DNA from: a virus
IMG/VR virus record: IMGVR_UViG_3300032397_000006
Coordinates: 1-64,000 of that record
Strand: one strand, 5' to 3'
Length of the DNA: 64,000 nucleotides
The position numbers were made by a program, and so were the translations under genes. This document shows, piece by piece, positions 63,997 through 64,000 of the stretch. The notes below the pieces were generated by a model. The model was given only the letters and a program-made list of their open reading frames with translations. It was not told where the DNA came from and ran no database searches. Each line of letters opens with the position of its first letter. Position 1 is the first letter of the stretch.

Positions 63997-64000
63997 GAGC

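Noticed and set aside
1-64000. Frequent CGATCG, GCGATCGC and CTCGAG palindromes (HIP1-like)
   Set aside because: Plausibly explained by common codon pairs such as GCG-ATC and CTC-GAG; enrichment cannot be shown without counting against a codon-aware model.
1-64000. Terminase, integrase, endolysin, tRNA or rRNA genes, introns and inteins
   Set aside because: None recognised by eye; they may lie outside the window, and short RNA genes could be missed without a covariance search.

Overview
A 64-kb segment of a large, GC-rich (visually about 60-65%) contractile-tailed dsDNA phage. Essentially all credible genes are on the minus strand, so the window reads from right to left. (i) 53-64 kb: small accessory genes, including a clear Tad1-type anti-defence sponge plus a degenerate paralogue, an ECF sigma factor and an MT-A70 methyltransferase. 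(ii) 39.9-52.8 kb: four large modular proteins upstream of the portal. (iii) Portal, then an inserted accessory block (HD hydrolase, DUF5664-like protein, DNA methyltransferase), a MuF-metallopeptidase fusion, a Com-like zinc ribbon, prohead protease, scaffold and a SPO1/Twort (Herelleviridae)-like major capsid protein. (iv) Putative decoration/fibre genes, including three tandem paralogues, and a patatin. (v) Neck, sheath, tube, frameshifted tail chaperones and the start of the tape measure gene. The standout observation is a ~28-aa peptide, K[AS]x(3-9)GHKYxxRxPDGKGGWxYxY, present 12 times across the four large proteins. Each copy follows a K-A/K-S site like the predicted capsid maturation site, and the copies separate unrelated effector-like domains (two kinase-like, ADP-ribosyltransferase, SAM-lyase-like, DarA-C, two zeta-type P-loop kinases, pyrophosphatase). 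I infer a tag-and-cleave system for loading counter-defence cargo into the head. A second pattern is a 19-bp palindrome (TTATCGC-N5-GCGATAA) inside about 10 sigma70-like promoters, one of them in front of an HTH gene. No terminase, replication, lysis, tRNA, rRNA or CRISPR features were recognised. All family assignments come from recalled motifs; no database search was run.
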